Below the pieces are notes generated by a model. That model saw only the letters and a program-made list of their open reading frames with translations, made no database searches and had not been told where the DNA came from. Made by a program: the position numbers and the translations under genes. A stretch of 63,753 nucleotides of DNA, filler included, from Octopus bimaculoides (Eukaryota), in NCBI RefSeq assembly GCF_001194135.2. It is 8 parts of 7 records of this genome, joined end to end, with 100 filler letters (N's around TTAATTAATTAA, not from the genome) between each part and the next. Parts side by side here need not be neighbours in the genome. Positions count along the whole stretch, not along the records: positions 32,148 to 50,977 come from NC_068992.1; positions 51,078 to 53,186 come from NW_026364915.1; positions 53,287 to 58,288 come from NC_068990.1; positions 58,389 to 61,223 come from NC_068988.1; positions 61,324 to 63,753 come from NC_069002.1; 3 more parts are not named here. One strand, written 5' to 3'. This document shows positions 50,601 to 63,753 of this stretch, piece after piece. The stretch's first letter is position 1, and each line of letters starts with the position of its first letter.

Positions 50601-53151
50601 GGCAAAGTTCAGTATTCTGCCTGGTTGACTTCCTGGTTGATTTCCTGGTAAGAAACTTGTTTTACTTAATATTCGTGTAGCGTTCAAGTTGGTTGGTTCT
50701 CTTAAAAGGTCACTATTTGGGTTGGACGATTTGACTGAGGACTGGTGAAACCGGATGGCAACACTAGACTCCAATCTGATTTGGCAGAGTTTCTATAGCT
50801 GGATGCCCTTCCTAACGCCAACCACTCAGAGAGTGTAGTGGGTGCTTTTACGTGTCACCGGCACGAAGGCCAGTCAGGCGGTACCGGCAACGGCCACACT
50901 CAAAATGGTGTATTTTATGTGCCACCCGCACAAGAGCCAGTCCAGGGGCACTGGCAACGATCTCGCTCGAAAATCCTNNNNNNNNNNNNNNNNNNNNNNN
51001 NNNNNNNNNNNNNNNNNNNNNTTAATTAATTAANNNNNNNNNNNNNNNNNNNNNNNNNNNNNNNNNNNNNNNNNNNNACATATATATATATACAAGTTTG
51101 TGTGCGTGTATTGATGGAGGTAGGTGTTTGGGTGTGTTTGTGTGTGTGTGTAAAGAGAGAGTGAAGGGGGCAGAGACAGAAGAGACAAACATAAAAGGAG
51201 CAGAGCGGTGAGGTGAAGAAATGTCGAATGAAGATGTTTCTCTTCAGGAGACCTCGGGGCGGGTATACCTTTCACTAAGTTTACAGCTTTTTCTTTTATC
51301 ATCTGATCTTAGTACCTCATTCAACCTTCCAAATATACAATATTGAAACTTTATATATCAACACAAACATTCCGAACGTGTTTATCGTCTGTATTTACTC
51401 TTTGTATTGGAAGCAATTCTAAATGTTAGTCGCTTTCATAGTTTAAGCTCTTCTCGAATGATTAAACTTTTTTTATAGTTAGATCTGGTCTGCTTCCAAC
51501 ATCCTGTAGGCAATGTGACGTTCTTGAAGTTCCAACCTACACAATATCTAATTTATTTCTTTACATTAAGTTTCAGTTTTTGTTCCCGATTTTCTGTTGT
51601 ATGTATAACAAAAAAAAAGAAGATATGTATATATGTGTGTGTGGTATATACTTGCCTCCCTTTACTTTCTGATTTCAAACCCTATTGAAACCACTTTTCC
51701 TGACTTTTATCCTTGAGGGTTGGGTTTGTGTAAAATTAAATATCAGTCAACTACTTGGATCGATTAAATCGATCATGTCTCCACACAAAATTCGTAGCTC
51801 TGTGCTTATGTTAGAGAGAAGCATTATTATTAATATTATTGATACTGTATCGTCAGTAGTTTTACATTTTATCTTGACTCCAAATACACAATTGCTTTTC
51901 AGATGTGTTCGCAGTATTGTCTTTTATTGCACTTAAATGTTTGTGGCTTCTCCATTTATTTACTTTCTTCTTTTTTTTCTGTTCAGATATTTCGTTTTCT
52001 TGTTTCTTTTTCCTGTTATAATGGCGTGGTTCTGATTTGTTGTAAAAACTTTTTATGGTATCAGGAGATGTCTGAGTACAATTTATGTTGCGAGATTCAC
52101 TGTTGGTAAATTGAAAATGTATTTCATTAAAATGTATACAAAGTCCATTATGCCTGTTCGCTGGGAGTGTGTAGAAAGTTTTGAAATCTGGCATAGGTCT
52201 CAATCATGTTCGTTTTCTTTATCATATTCATTTCACCATGTTTACTAGTAATATTTCCACATTAAAACAACGCTGCTTACTTATCCCTGCTTTGTGACCA
52301 ACCGTTATACAGTAGAAAGCTTTTTCATTCATGTGCTATGCTGGTCTCAAAATAGTCGAGATACCTTACAAATTACATAATCGTTATTTTCGTTTTCCAA
52401 TTGGTAGCTAGACGTAGATTCAGTTTCAATTTTCTTCGCCTATACTATATCACTGTTACATCGTGAGTTCGATAACTACTTATAGGATTGAAATTCAATT
52501 TCCTTGGCGAGGGTGAAGTTTGGAGCTTGATTTTAAAATCTTTTTTTGACTTGTAAAATCGATTTCTATTTCACTCTGGTATATTCGATATTTTTCCTTT
52601 TTATTGATAAACTTTATTCATAATTCGGAGGTTTTAGTCATTACATCCACATGCGTCTAAGAGAGCAGATTTTATCCTGCAAAAGTGATGTTATTTTCCA
52701 GTTGAACTCTTATCATTTGTGATAATATGAACATTAATCATTTGTATTTTGTTGTCACAGGACGAATTGTTTTCAAAGTCAATTGTAATAAAAATATTTT
52801 TATTCTATCCTTGGTAAGCTATTCCTGTGTTGTTCAATAGAATAGTTGCGTTGCTGTATCAGTGGTTTGCTGAAAAATTCTGGAAATACATTTCTGGATT
52901 CTGTACAGTTATGTTCTGTAGTATTTCTTCAGTTAATACGTTTCTTCAGTTAATACTTCCTAGGTGTGCACTGCGTTTATCTGATGCTGTGAACAGTCTC
53001 ACGCCTTGGCGATCCGTCAGATGTCCATGTTCTTCATGTCTAGATATTCTAGTCCGAAATATGATTCACTGACAATGCCGGTTTAACTGCCTATTTAACT
53101 ATCTCCCTCTCCCCCTCTCTCTATCTGTCTATCTATTCTATCTATCTATAA

Positions 53152-53186
<35 letters not shown>

Positions 53187-53289
53187 NNNNNNNNNNNNNN
53201 NNNNNNNNNNNNNNNNNNNNNNNNNNNNNNTTAATTAATTAANNNNNNNNNNNNNNNNNNNNNNNNNNNNNNNNNNNNNNNNNNNNTAT

Positions 53290-53445
53290 ATATGGGAGAA
53301 TATACAAATAATAACAACAGACGAGGACAGGTGGTGTAAATAACAAAAGTATATATTAGTATGACGCTCGGGAATACGGAAAGTCTTTGACGTTTCGAGC
53401 TACGCTCTTCAACAGAAAGAATACGGAGACAAGGAGAAAAATACA
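53290..53445. repeat. Unclassified interspersed repeat, possibly a Penelope terminal repeat
   Basis: GACGTTTCGAGCTACGCTCTTC motif in a CpG-richer block between microsatellites. Confidence 0.3.
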
Positions 53446-53449
53446 TATA

Positions 53450-53485
<36 letters not shown>

Positions 53486-56400
53486 TGTATGTATGTATGT
53501 ATAATGCAACCAAGTAAATGTTCCTTTATTCATTTGTTGTTGTTTTATGCTGGATCGTTTATCTGCTGCACCATTACATTAATAAACTAACCACAGTTCT
53601 TAATTCTGGTCTGTCTAGTTGCCTGCATTTCCGTTGTTATTCTACTTCTTTATTTTCTTTGCGTTTTTTCACCTCTTTCTCTTCTACGTTTCTCAAAAAT
53701 TAGGAAAAAGTATAGATTTTTGTTGTGATATTTTATTTACTTTTCTCTTTTATCGAGTATCAGTCAAGATTTGCTTCTGTTATATGTCGTTCCAAAGGCA
53801 AGAAGATTCGATTCCTGATCCTAACTGATATTCTTTATCATCGAATTAAATTACTGTACTTTCATTAAATCCTATCAAATACAGCGATCTTGAATTTTAC
53901 GGGTTTTGAAAGAGCAATTAATTTGAAATACATCGTTACAATAGAACAGAATAAAATGACACATAAGTGGAAAACTTTAGCATTTATTTTGTTGCTGCAT
54001 GCTCCGACTCTGTTACCATCTAATAGCAGATATCTACTGCGAGAACCATTACAAAAAGATTTTTGTTGCAGATTTCGAAAATAAAGGTATTTAATTACAC
54101 GGTTCCTACAACTTGCATTCGATTCTTATCGACGACCCCTTCTGCTATGATTTCAAATTCCACTGAAATCACCATTGCTTTTTATCCTCCTGATGTCCAT
54201 AAACGATATGTCATTCTTTTGCTGGATGTGGCTTTTAGTCGAATGTGCTCACCACGCAAATAAATGCATGGGTAAAACAATTAGATCCGGTTATTTGCAA
54301 GAACTTTTGAATAAATAAAGAATAATATATTATTTTAAATACATTCTTTATAAGTCGTAATTAGTAGTAGCAACAGCAACAGTTGTATTCGCAAGGAAAT
54401 GCTTGTTCTACGGCGAGAAAAGTTCTTACAACATCGCAGACATTTCAGCTAAACGTTATTCTTTTGGGCGGGAAATATAGTACAGTATATTAGATTTTTA
54501 AATCGAAGCAATGTAAAGTGAAATGTCTGCAAGACAGTGAAGAAGCTACTTTGATACATTTACCAGGAAAACGGGTTCGAGCCCAATTATGAGCAAGTTA
54601 CTATGATATGAAAATATGGATGTAATGTAATGTATTCAAATTCATTAAAACTTTGCCCACACAGTTGTTCAGTAGATGAATAATATAAGTAGACTATGAC
54701 TTCAGTTTCGTTCGACTTTCAAATTTGTTTAAATCTTATCTTAAGTATCAATTGCTGAAGTGACAAGTGTATAAGAAAAAAGGCAGTTTTAGAAGATGTT
54801 CTCTCATAAGAATGAACCTTCAATAATACTCATGAGGACGTCCTACTATCTTAAGAAAGCAACACTTCTCAAAAATACAATTTAAATAAGAAAAGTATGT
54901 AATTCGTAGTACTCTACTAATTTCCAACAGTCTTACAGTCTTCAAAATAATCGAGTAATTTCCACGAGTACTGCTAGCTAATATCAATTATATAAATAAG
55001 GGTATATAACTTTCTAATAGTTTCCGTCAGAGCTGGAATAAAACAGGAATTTAGAGTCCATTCTCCGGTGCTGTTTCACTGCTGTTGTTAATACTTTGGG
55101 AAAAGCCGTGAACATAACAATTTCCATGTTAATCCTTCACTAAACAACAGAATATTTATTAATAAATAAATATACTGAAATATAATCATATTTATTTCAC
55201 CAGGCTGTGCATAATCCATAGGTTCCTTTTCACTACCTTGAGATAGGAACGCATTTGTCCTGTTTTGTGGTAATTACAGTTCATCGAGACTGGCTTAATG
55301 TTTTCTTCCAGTATGATAAGTGTATGCAATGCATTAAAAATACAGTTCTGCGCACCATAACTCATTTACATAATGGTGCACAATAGACAACCAGAAATAA
55401 TTAGCAGGATAGAAATCGGTAGACATTTCTATTCACAACATACGCTATATTGATTCTGTAGAAATGATTGTCGAACTCTCAATCATGTAGCAGTGTGTAA
55501 ATGAATTTTACCAAGAATATTTTTGCTTACATGTGTATAAGTAACTCTTTGCTTCTTCATTTCTATATCTTGGAACAAATCGATAAACCCTCACAAAAGG
55601 TTAAGATAGCAAAGCTATTCGGTAGAATCATTATGCCTAGTTTCCAAAAAAAAACATGTACTTACCTAAGTTTTCATTGGTACATCACTAAAACATATAT
55701 GTGTGTTTGCGCGAGCGCGCACAAACACACGTATATCAAATGGTTGCGGGGATACACACATATCAAATGGTGGCGGGGATAAACACAAAGACGAATGCAC
55801 GCCCACCCACCCGCATATAATGTTTGTGTGCGTGTGTGTGTATGTATGTATGTGTGTGTGTGCGTGCGTGTGTGGGTGAGTATAATAAGCTTCTATCAGT
55901 TTCCGTCTATGAAATCCACTTATAAAATATTGGTCGAGGAGAAAATACTTGCCTAATATGCCACGCAGTGGAACTGAACCTGGAACAGAGTCTTAGGGAA
56001 GAAAGCGTCTTAATACCTAAGCCTATATATCTATACGTTCATAAGGAACTCTGCATAAGCGCTATCGACTGCCCCCTCCCCAAAAATTTCGGTTCTTGTG
56101 CCTAGAGTACGAAAGTATATATATATATATATATGATGTTAATAAAAGATATATGATGTTGCTTTGTTTATGCCGTTTGTAATTGTGTTGACGTCGTTAA
56201 GTCAAGTTGAACGTGTTGAATCACAATCCAGACACTGTCTCGGCCCACACGAACTGTTATCTTTCCAGACACTTTTCAAATAAGCAGCAATATCAAAGAA
56301 TACCGGTTTACTTTGACTAGGCGAGTAATAGAGTTGATTGACTTGGTTGAAGTGCAGTAACAGTAATTATTCTATCTAGCTCGAAGTAAGAAACAGCTGC

Positions 56401-58388
56401 TATGTACACCGATAGAATTGATATTCAAAACGTTAATAAAAAATGCCATCCACCACGAATGTTTTTGCGAGACTATCACTCTTAAGAACATAACATAATC
56501 AATTCAAATTTATGTCTTTTTCTAAAAATGTTTCTTAGTTATTAGCAGTTTTGTCCAATTTCAAGGTTTTTTTTTTCATTATTATATAATACAATATTAT
56601 ATTATATTATATTATATTATATTATATTATATTATACTATGACTTTCTTTTATTTTTCTAATTGCCTTCATGTATCTCAACCTTATCGTCTCTAATTGGA
56701 ACTTAATTTCAAGGAAAATTTGGAGATTTTTTTTTTTATTGCAAAACAAAACTGCCGTATTCGTTGCTTTTCTAGTTAACAATGAGTGTTTCTGTCACTT
56801 GAAAATAATTAACATTGCATTCGTAATTTTGTTATTTGCTAGAATTCTTATGCTTTTGTCATTGTTAAACCGACTAGGCAAAGAGTTAGCTGAATGCTAA
56901 ACCAATTATAAATGTAAACATTCCACTTAGAACAAAATAGTTAACCTTTATTGAACTCAATTATTAGTAGTTTCGCTCCTGGAGAAAATTATAATTATTT
57001 GTGCAAGTTAATCATGTAATCGCAACAATACGAAGCTCCACACAGCTCGCCGCTGCATTTCAACTCATAACATTTTCTCGATTGTCTTTGACAGTTTCAG
57101 TGTAGGTCATATATAACATTATGTGCGGAATCATTTTATGTAATTATTTAATGCAATTTTGTAGTGTACCAATTCATTGAATCATTTGATCTCGCTGTTG
57201 AATATCATTGTATAATTTCTATATTTGTTTCAGTACTAGCTCTTCTTTGATTTTACGATAAAGTAATTTGTAATGTTACAGAGACTCTTGGTTCAAATTT
57301 ATAAAACTTATTTTCTTTATTTTTATTTATTAGTTGTTATCGAATCATTCAAGGCAATGGACTAACAGAGTCGTAACAGCATTGACCGGAATGCATTGCG
57401 ATATATTTATTCCGTGTCTCCATGATCTGCGTTTAAATCAGTCGAGGTTGACTATGTCTTTGAGTTCTGTCTCGGTGCTAAGCTTGTACAACCCTCTCTC
57501 TCTCTCTGTCTCTGTCTCTCTCACTCCTTTCTATTTCTCTCCATTTCTCTCTTTCTCACTCACTCTCCCTCGCTTTCTCCCTCTCTCCCTCCCTCTCTCT
57601 CTCTCTCTTTCTCTCCCTTTCTCTTTCCTCGCAGCTGTCACAATCTTGATGTTCTACTGGAGATGGGACTGGAGTCGAAACCGAGAGGGTGACTCTATCT
57701 ACGCAGAAATACACAGACATCGAAAACAATTAGCAATACCATAGTACATAATATTAGGTCGTCTTCCATTCCGACAGACTTTCGCAGTTTATTGTGTCAT
57801 TCATCAGGAAATGATATTCAGCTTTTAGTAGGATCAAATACGATCCCACTACTAAATATCTCATTATAATAATTCGTCGTATAATATTTACATATTTACT
57901 ATTCACTTTTAGACATTCCATGGATTTAAATCACTGATATTTTCTGCAGCCTACGATATTAAAACTTTTCAGGTTAGTCTCAACAAAGCACGTTAATTAT
58001 GAAACTGGTTCCATCGGTAACGGTTTTGTATTTCTGCTTCTCTCTCTACATAAGTGAGGGAACGAAATCTGCTTAGTGGGTGCAAATCCAGGCCCACACC
58101 AAGAAGTTCAGTTAAAGCGTTATCCAAGACAAGACAGTCTTCTTTTTAGACAGTGGGGCAAATGTTGAAGTATATATGACGTTCAAATTGATTGCAATAA
58201 TTACAGCAGAAATAACACAGCCCCAAAAAGGTGTCACTGAAATCCCTAGCTACATAGATAACACACACAAAAACATACACACATGTATNNNNNNNNNNNN
58301 NNNNNNNNNNNNNNNNNNNNNNNNNNNNNNNNTTAATTAATTAANNNNNNNNNNNNNNNNNNNNNNNNNNNNNNNNNNNNNNNNNNNN

Positions 58389-60625
58389 GGTCAGTTATCA
58401 AGGTAAATCTGCGACGCACGAGGAAGTGGCGCCATTTCTTTATCTCTTCAACAATAGCATTAGCTTCTTTTTCAACAACCGAATGATGCTTTTTGGAAAA
58501 TAGCAACCAGTCGGCCGTCCTGGTTCAACGTAACGGCGTCAGCCACGTCGGACACCGTTTCAACTGAAAAAGGCAAATTATCGTCGATTTGCATCTTTAC
58601 AGCATTTGAAGTCGCGGATTTCAGGTCTTTGACGGCGTCAAATGCCTCTTTAGAACAGTGGAAATATAGAACTGTAAGTTAGCGGTTGTATTCGGTGTGA
58701 AAAGCATGGAACCTATTTCGAATAGTACGCAAATAATCCCAAAATACGTGAGAGAGACTTTTTATTTTGTGGTAAAGGGATACCTTTCAGGGCAGAAAAG
58801 CCCAATGGGTCGGGGCGAAGTTTTTTATGGCTTATTTGATATTCCAAAATATTGATAGTGGTAGTATTAAACACGCACTTGTCCTTATTTAGCATAATAT
58901 TATACCTTTTTGCACTCTCTAAAAACTTAGAAAGATTCGTATCATGCTCTTCTTTAGCATTTCCACCAATCGCAATTTCGTCTAAGTATGCATGAGTTTT
59001 TTTATAATTTATTTTGATTTATGAAATTGTCAATAATTCGCTGAAAACAAGCGACGCCATTCGTTAACCCATAAGGACGTCGTGTGAACTGATACAGACA
59101 GCTATTTGCCTCGAAGGTGGTATAAATTTTATCCGCCTTGTGCAGCGGTACGCATTGATAAGCGCTACGTAAGTTTAAATGACTATAGTATTTATAAGTA
59201 GAGAACTTGTTTACTAAATCATATAGATTCGGCAAGGGATATTCATCTAGATAAGTAAACTTATTTATCGTAGCAGTGTAATCAATTAGTCTTCTTTTTT
59301 TTTTGTATTGTTTTGAACCACATGTACTTGATCTCTTCAAGGTGAATTGCTTTGTTCGATGATACCTTCTCTTAACAAATGCTCGATTTCAAAAGAGATA
59401 AATCGCTCATCCGACATTTTAAATTTTCTGGATTTCGTAAACAATAGATGCTAAGGAACACACCTCTAAGTTTGGACGTGGTCCCTCATATTTCATCTTA
59501 ACGGAAGAGTACTTATTGAGAACAGGTATTCCTAATATAACATCAGTGCACGAGTCGGGTAGTACTAGAAACTGAATGTCAGGATACGTCCTCAAAGAGT
59601 TATATTTAATTTGCAGCATGCTTTGGCAGACAACTTTAAATTAACTGTAGCCATCGATGTAGTACCATTATATGAAGAAGTAAGAAGCCGAAGATAGTTA
59701 ATTCCCAACTTCCAGTGTCTAAGAGAGCTTTTAACAAAAGTCTATTTATAGATTTTTCTATCATAGACGTGTTCAACGCAGAGAGAACAGGAGCAAGCGT
59801 ACCAGTTTGAATTTATGCAGTAACAGAATATTTAGACTTGCATACCTTTGAATAATGACCAATCTTCTTGCATTTCCTACATTCAGCATTTCGAGCTCGA
59901 CATTTCATATGCTCATGTTTTGATATACTTCCACACCCGTAACAGTAGGTCCAACGTTTTGATGTATTACTAGTCGCTGCACTAGTTTCATCTAACCTTT
60001 CACACCCTTCTACACCTGAAGACGACTTCATCATTTCTTCACTTTGTTTCGCTGTAGCTACCTGGAGATTAGTAGAGGTTGATATAGAATCGTAAATTTG
60101 TGAGTTGATATTACCAATTTCCGAGGTGTGTGCCTGATTGATTGCCGTAGTCAGAGTAAGCGATTTATTTTCAAGGAGTCTAGTTGGAATACTTTGAGAT
60201 GAAATTCTGGTAATAAATGAATCTCGAACGTTATCGTTTCTGTAAATTTCGGCAGAAACACTCATAAAATCAGAATCCAGACTAAGGTTTTGAAGAGAAC
60301 GCACATTTTTATCTATCGATTCATTGGGCAATTGTTTTCGAGTAGACAGTCTATGTCTGGCGACAACCGAATTGACTGGCTTAATAAAGGCATCCTTCAA
60401 AGCAGCTAAAGCAGAATCGAACGTAGTATATTCTGAAATGATTTCAAAGTTTTCTGAGGAAACTGAACTCGCCAGAAGTCCAAGGAAGGTATTGTCGGTT
60501 CCAGAAGTAACAGAATTTTTGTATCGACAACAAATGAACAACCAGTGCTTGAATGTTCTAGCAGCTTCTCAGGCACTAGAAAGAACTGCCAATCTTTCGA
60601 GACGTAAACTTTGCTCCATTTTTAA
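58389..60625 (-). mobile_element. Gypsy-type LTR retrotransposon internal region (gag-PR-RT-RNaseH), decayed, cut by a gap
   Basis: Gag starting MEQSLRLERL... with a CxxC-H-C knuckle (CRKCKKIGHYSKVC), DVILGIP, RLIDY...DEYPLP, LRSAYQ, PYGLTNGVACFQR, YLDE, and RNase H-like segments. Many frameshifts. Confidence 0.92.
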
Positions 60626-60794
60626 GTAAGTAAATGTCAAAGTTCACGGTTCAAGGTTCGAACTGACGGTTTACTACTATGTTGGTACAAACATACGTAC
60701 GTACGTAGTTACTTGCATACATACTTATATACATACACATTCTACTGTTTACTAAAAGAATTTGGTTCATTAGAGTGCCAAAATAAGAAAAGAT

Positions 60795-60963
60795 TATCCT
60801 TTTCTACTCTAGGTACACGGCTCGAAATTTCGGGGGAGAGGGTCAGTCGATTAGATCAATCCAGTACGCAACTGGTACTTAATTTATCGACACCAGAAGG
60901 ATGAAAGGCAAAGTCGAACTCGGCGGAAATTGAACTCAGAACGTAAAGACAGACGAAATACCG
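60795..60963 (-). mobile_element. SINE family A
   Basis: Reverse complement of the family A core and tail. Confidence 0.8.
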
Positions 60964-62165
60964 ATTTCTTTATTACCCATAAATGGCTATACAAAGAATT
61001 TTTAAGACATCATAAAACATAAAGACAGTACAAAACGCAAACATAAAATCGGGGTAATTAAAATAAAATGATATGCAAGAATGAAAAAAATGAGGCGCAA
61101 TGTCCACTCGATCCCCGAAGTCGGGTGGTTATATTTATCCAGTTTTTCACTTTTACGTTCAACGTCATGTAAACATTTTAACGGTTTTGTAAGTCAAAAA
61201 ATTCCAACACTCGCGTTACCTTTNNNNNNNNNNNNNNNNNNNNNNNNNNNNNNNNNNNNNNNNNNNNTTAATTAATTAANNNNNNNNNNNNNNNNNNNNN
61301 NNNNNNNNNNNNNNNNNNNNNNNGGGGGGGGGGGAGAAAAATGGAAAGACAAGAAAATATATACACACTCTGCTATACAACGATGTGATTGTCCATCTTG
61401 ATTAGATAGCCCCGAAAAATCCCATTTTACATAATGCAAATAAACCAACTTACCAAAGTCACACATCGTAGATATATATAAGAAACATGCATATATATAT
61501 ACATATATATATTTGTGTGTATATACGTGTTGTATTTCCCTTTGAAGTTTTCCTACTGTACGCTTTGGTAAGTTTGCTTTTATGTTGTCAATGTATACGG
61601 TTTGTACACCTGTATCGCGGTGTTTTTATTTTGTATATATAGGTTTTTTTTGCAGTTGCTGTTTTGCATTCTCTGTGAGTGTGTTTGCAGGTGCTTGTGT
61701 GTGCGCTCGTTTGCCTTGTAGCCACGTTTCCTTTCAGTACGTATTCTTTCTCTTTCACTCTCTCTTTCCTACTCTTCCTTTCCCTCTCTTTGTTTCTCTT
61801 CCTCTCTGTTTCACTTCTCTGCTCTCTCTCTCTCTCTCTCTCTCTCGTTCTTTCTCCTTTTCACATCTTTTTCTCTTTACATATCAGGTTTATTATTATT
61901 ATTTTTATTTTTTTATATTTGCTTTTCTTTTTACCTGTAGTGAGAGATATTAATCCTGCAGTCATATTACTGCTAGTGTGTATGTGTGTACGTGTACGTG
62001 TCTCTCCCTCTATTTCCCTCTCTTTCTCAGTCTTTCCCTCTCTCTCTCTCTCTCTCAGTCTCTCACTCTCTCTCTCTCTGTCTCTCACTCTCTCTCTCTC
62101 TCTCTCTCAGTCTCTCACTCTCTCTCTCTCTCTGCGGGTATCTAAATAAATATGTGTGTGTGTGT

Positions 62166-62280
62166 GTGTGAAGGGATGACTACTAAGTGGACATCCAATA
62201 TGCTAGAAAGAGGTCATCAACGACACAACCACAAAGAAAAATATAGGATGTCCACTTAGTGGTCCTCCCTTCTCATACAC
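62166..62280. mobile_element. Short MITE-like inverted repeat
   Basis: GTGTGAAGGGATGACTACTAAGTGGACATCC ... GGATGTCCACTTAGTGGTCCTCCCTTCTCATACAC. Confidence 0.65.
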
Positions 62281-62366
62281 ATGTAATACAATTTTTCTGA
62301 ATTTTCAGATTTTTTATATGCTAGGCCACTTGGTTTTAAATTGAATTAATATTCAATTTATCACCC

Positions 62367-62404
<38 letters not shown>

Positions 62405-62629
62405 NNNNNNNNNNNNNNNNNNNNNNNNNNNNNNNNNNNNNNNNNNNNNNNNNNNNNNNNNNNNNNNNNNNNNNNNNNNNNNNNNNNNNNNNNNNNNNNN
62501 NNNNNNNNNNNNNNNNNNNNNNNNNNNNNNNNNNNNNNNNNNNNNNNNNNNNNNNNNNNNNNNNNNNNNNNNNNNNNNNNNNNNNNNNNNNNNNNNNNNN
62601 NNNNNNNNNNNNNNNNNNNNNNNNNNNNN

Positions 62630-62848
62630 CATTTCGAGCGTGGCCGTTTTCGTGCGGGTGACACGTAAAAGCACCCACTACACTCTCTGAGTGGTTGGCG
62701 TTAGGAAGGGCATCCAGCTGTAGAAACTCTACCAAATTAGATTGGAGCCTGGTGTTGCCATCCGGTTTCACCAGTCCTCAATCAAATCGTCCAACCCATG
62801 CTAGCGTGGAAAGCGGGCGTTAAACGATGATGATGATGATGATGATGA
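62630..62848 (+). mobile_element. SINE family C 3' part with a (GAT)n tail
   Basis: Nearly identical to 32316-32527. Confidence 0.85.
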
Positions 62849-62923
62849 TATACACACATATATATCTACTCGTGTGTTCCTCTTCAACCTTTTACATATA
62901 TATATCTTTCTCTCCCCCTCTCT

Positions 62924-62955
<32 letters not shown>

Positions 62956-63369
62956 TTATCTATATATTTATCTATCAATCTATTTATCTGTATGTATGTG
63001 TACGCTCATACGTGTGTGTGTTTGTGCGTGTGTCTGCTGGTCTCTCTCTCTCTCTCACAATGCCAGTACACCAGCTCGCTTGGCAGTTCCTCTATTAATA
63101 CCTGATGAATGCAATTAATAAAACGGACTTTCATATAAACCTCTAATATTCATGGAAGATACAAAACTAAAAACAGGATACACGCATGCTATACGTACCC
63201 TAGTACCCTACTTTATGATGGCAACCTTATGTACTTCAGAGAAATACCGTTATCACTTTTACATAAATTTATCAGCCCTTCATTTGTAATTAGCTTAATA
63301 GGTGCCAACGTACGAAACTCCTGGCCCTTGATTGAGTCACTCAGTTACTCCTGCCAAATATTAATCCTT

Positions 63370-63520
63370 TCTGTTATAGGCACAGGGCCCGAAATCTGGG
63401 GAGGGAGGTTGTCTATAAAATCAACCCCCTGTACTCAACTGGTACTTATTGTGATCGACCCCGAATGGATGATAGGTAAAGTCGACCTCGGTGGAATTTG
63501 AACTCAGAACGTAACTGCAG
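63370..63520 (-). mobile_element. SINE family A, degenerate
   Basis: GTCGACCTCGGTGGAATTTGAACTCAGAACG and CAACTGGTACTTATT. Confidence 0.7.
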
Positions 63521-63672
63521 ACCTTTCCAAGTATTAATTTCTAGCAGTAATATAATTGGAGGATTAAAATCACTGAAAGCCATGGAAAGGGAAATGACCA
63601 TTGAAAAGGTGATGACACCGGCGGTGCCCCAGCTAGGCCGCAACAGTTGGGCTGAAACGCATAAGAGTAAAA

Positions 63673-63730
<58 letters not shown>

Positions 63731-63753
63731 AACCATCTCTTTATTATTGACAA

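Noticed and set aside
52281-52332. Third possible CDA first exon (MNEKAFYCITVGHKAGI+A|GTAAGC, minus strand, phase 1)
   Set aside because: Weaker donor and no resemblance to CDA N-termini. Such ATG-plus-donor combinations arise by chance in AT-rich DNA, which is also why the 49767 candidate is rated only moderate.

Overview
AT-rich, microsatellite-dense eukaryotic genomic DNA from a gapped draft assembly. The SINE inventory (tRNA-derived and CORE-type families) and the (TA)n/(CA)n/(TAA)n density point to an octopod cephalopod, probably Octopus; this is an inference. Two host genes are visible, both largely missed by the ORF track because they are spliced. (1) The first coding exon of a DDAH-like dimethylarginine dimethylaminohydrolase (+, 9022-9297), with no further exons recognisable in the window. 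(2) A complete five-exon homotetrameric-type cytidine deaminase, CDA (-, 43576 to 35857, 144 aa), plus a plausible alternative first exon at 49767-49788. The rest is transposable-element debris: at least four SINE families, CR1-like, Dong/R4-like and Penelope-like retroelement remnants, two Gypsy remnants, a near-complete Tc1, and mariner, hAT, piggyBac-like and foldback MITEs. I found no evidence of a wholly new biological system, and no CRISPR, rRNA or genuine tRNA gene. The best leads are: CDA possibly nested antisense in DDAH intron 1; alternative CDA first exons; an unusual CDA substrate-binding loop; long foldback hairpins in and just upstream of CDA; a SINE/LINE pair with a shared 3' tail; and an apparent filled/empty allele pair of a young SINE. 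Several N-gaps carry an artificial TTAATTAATTAA linker.
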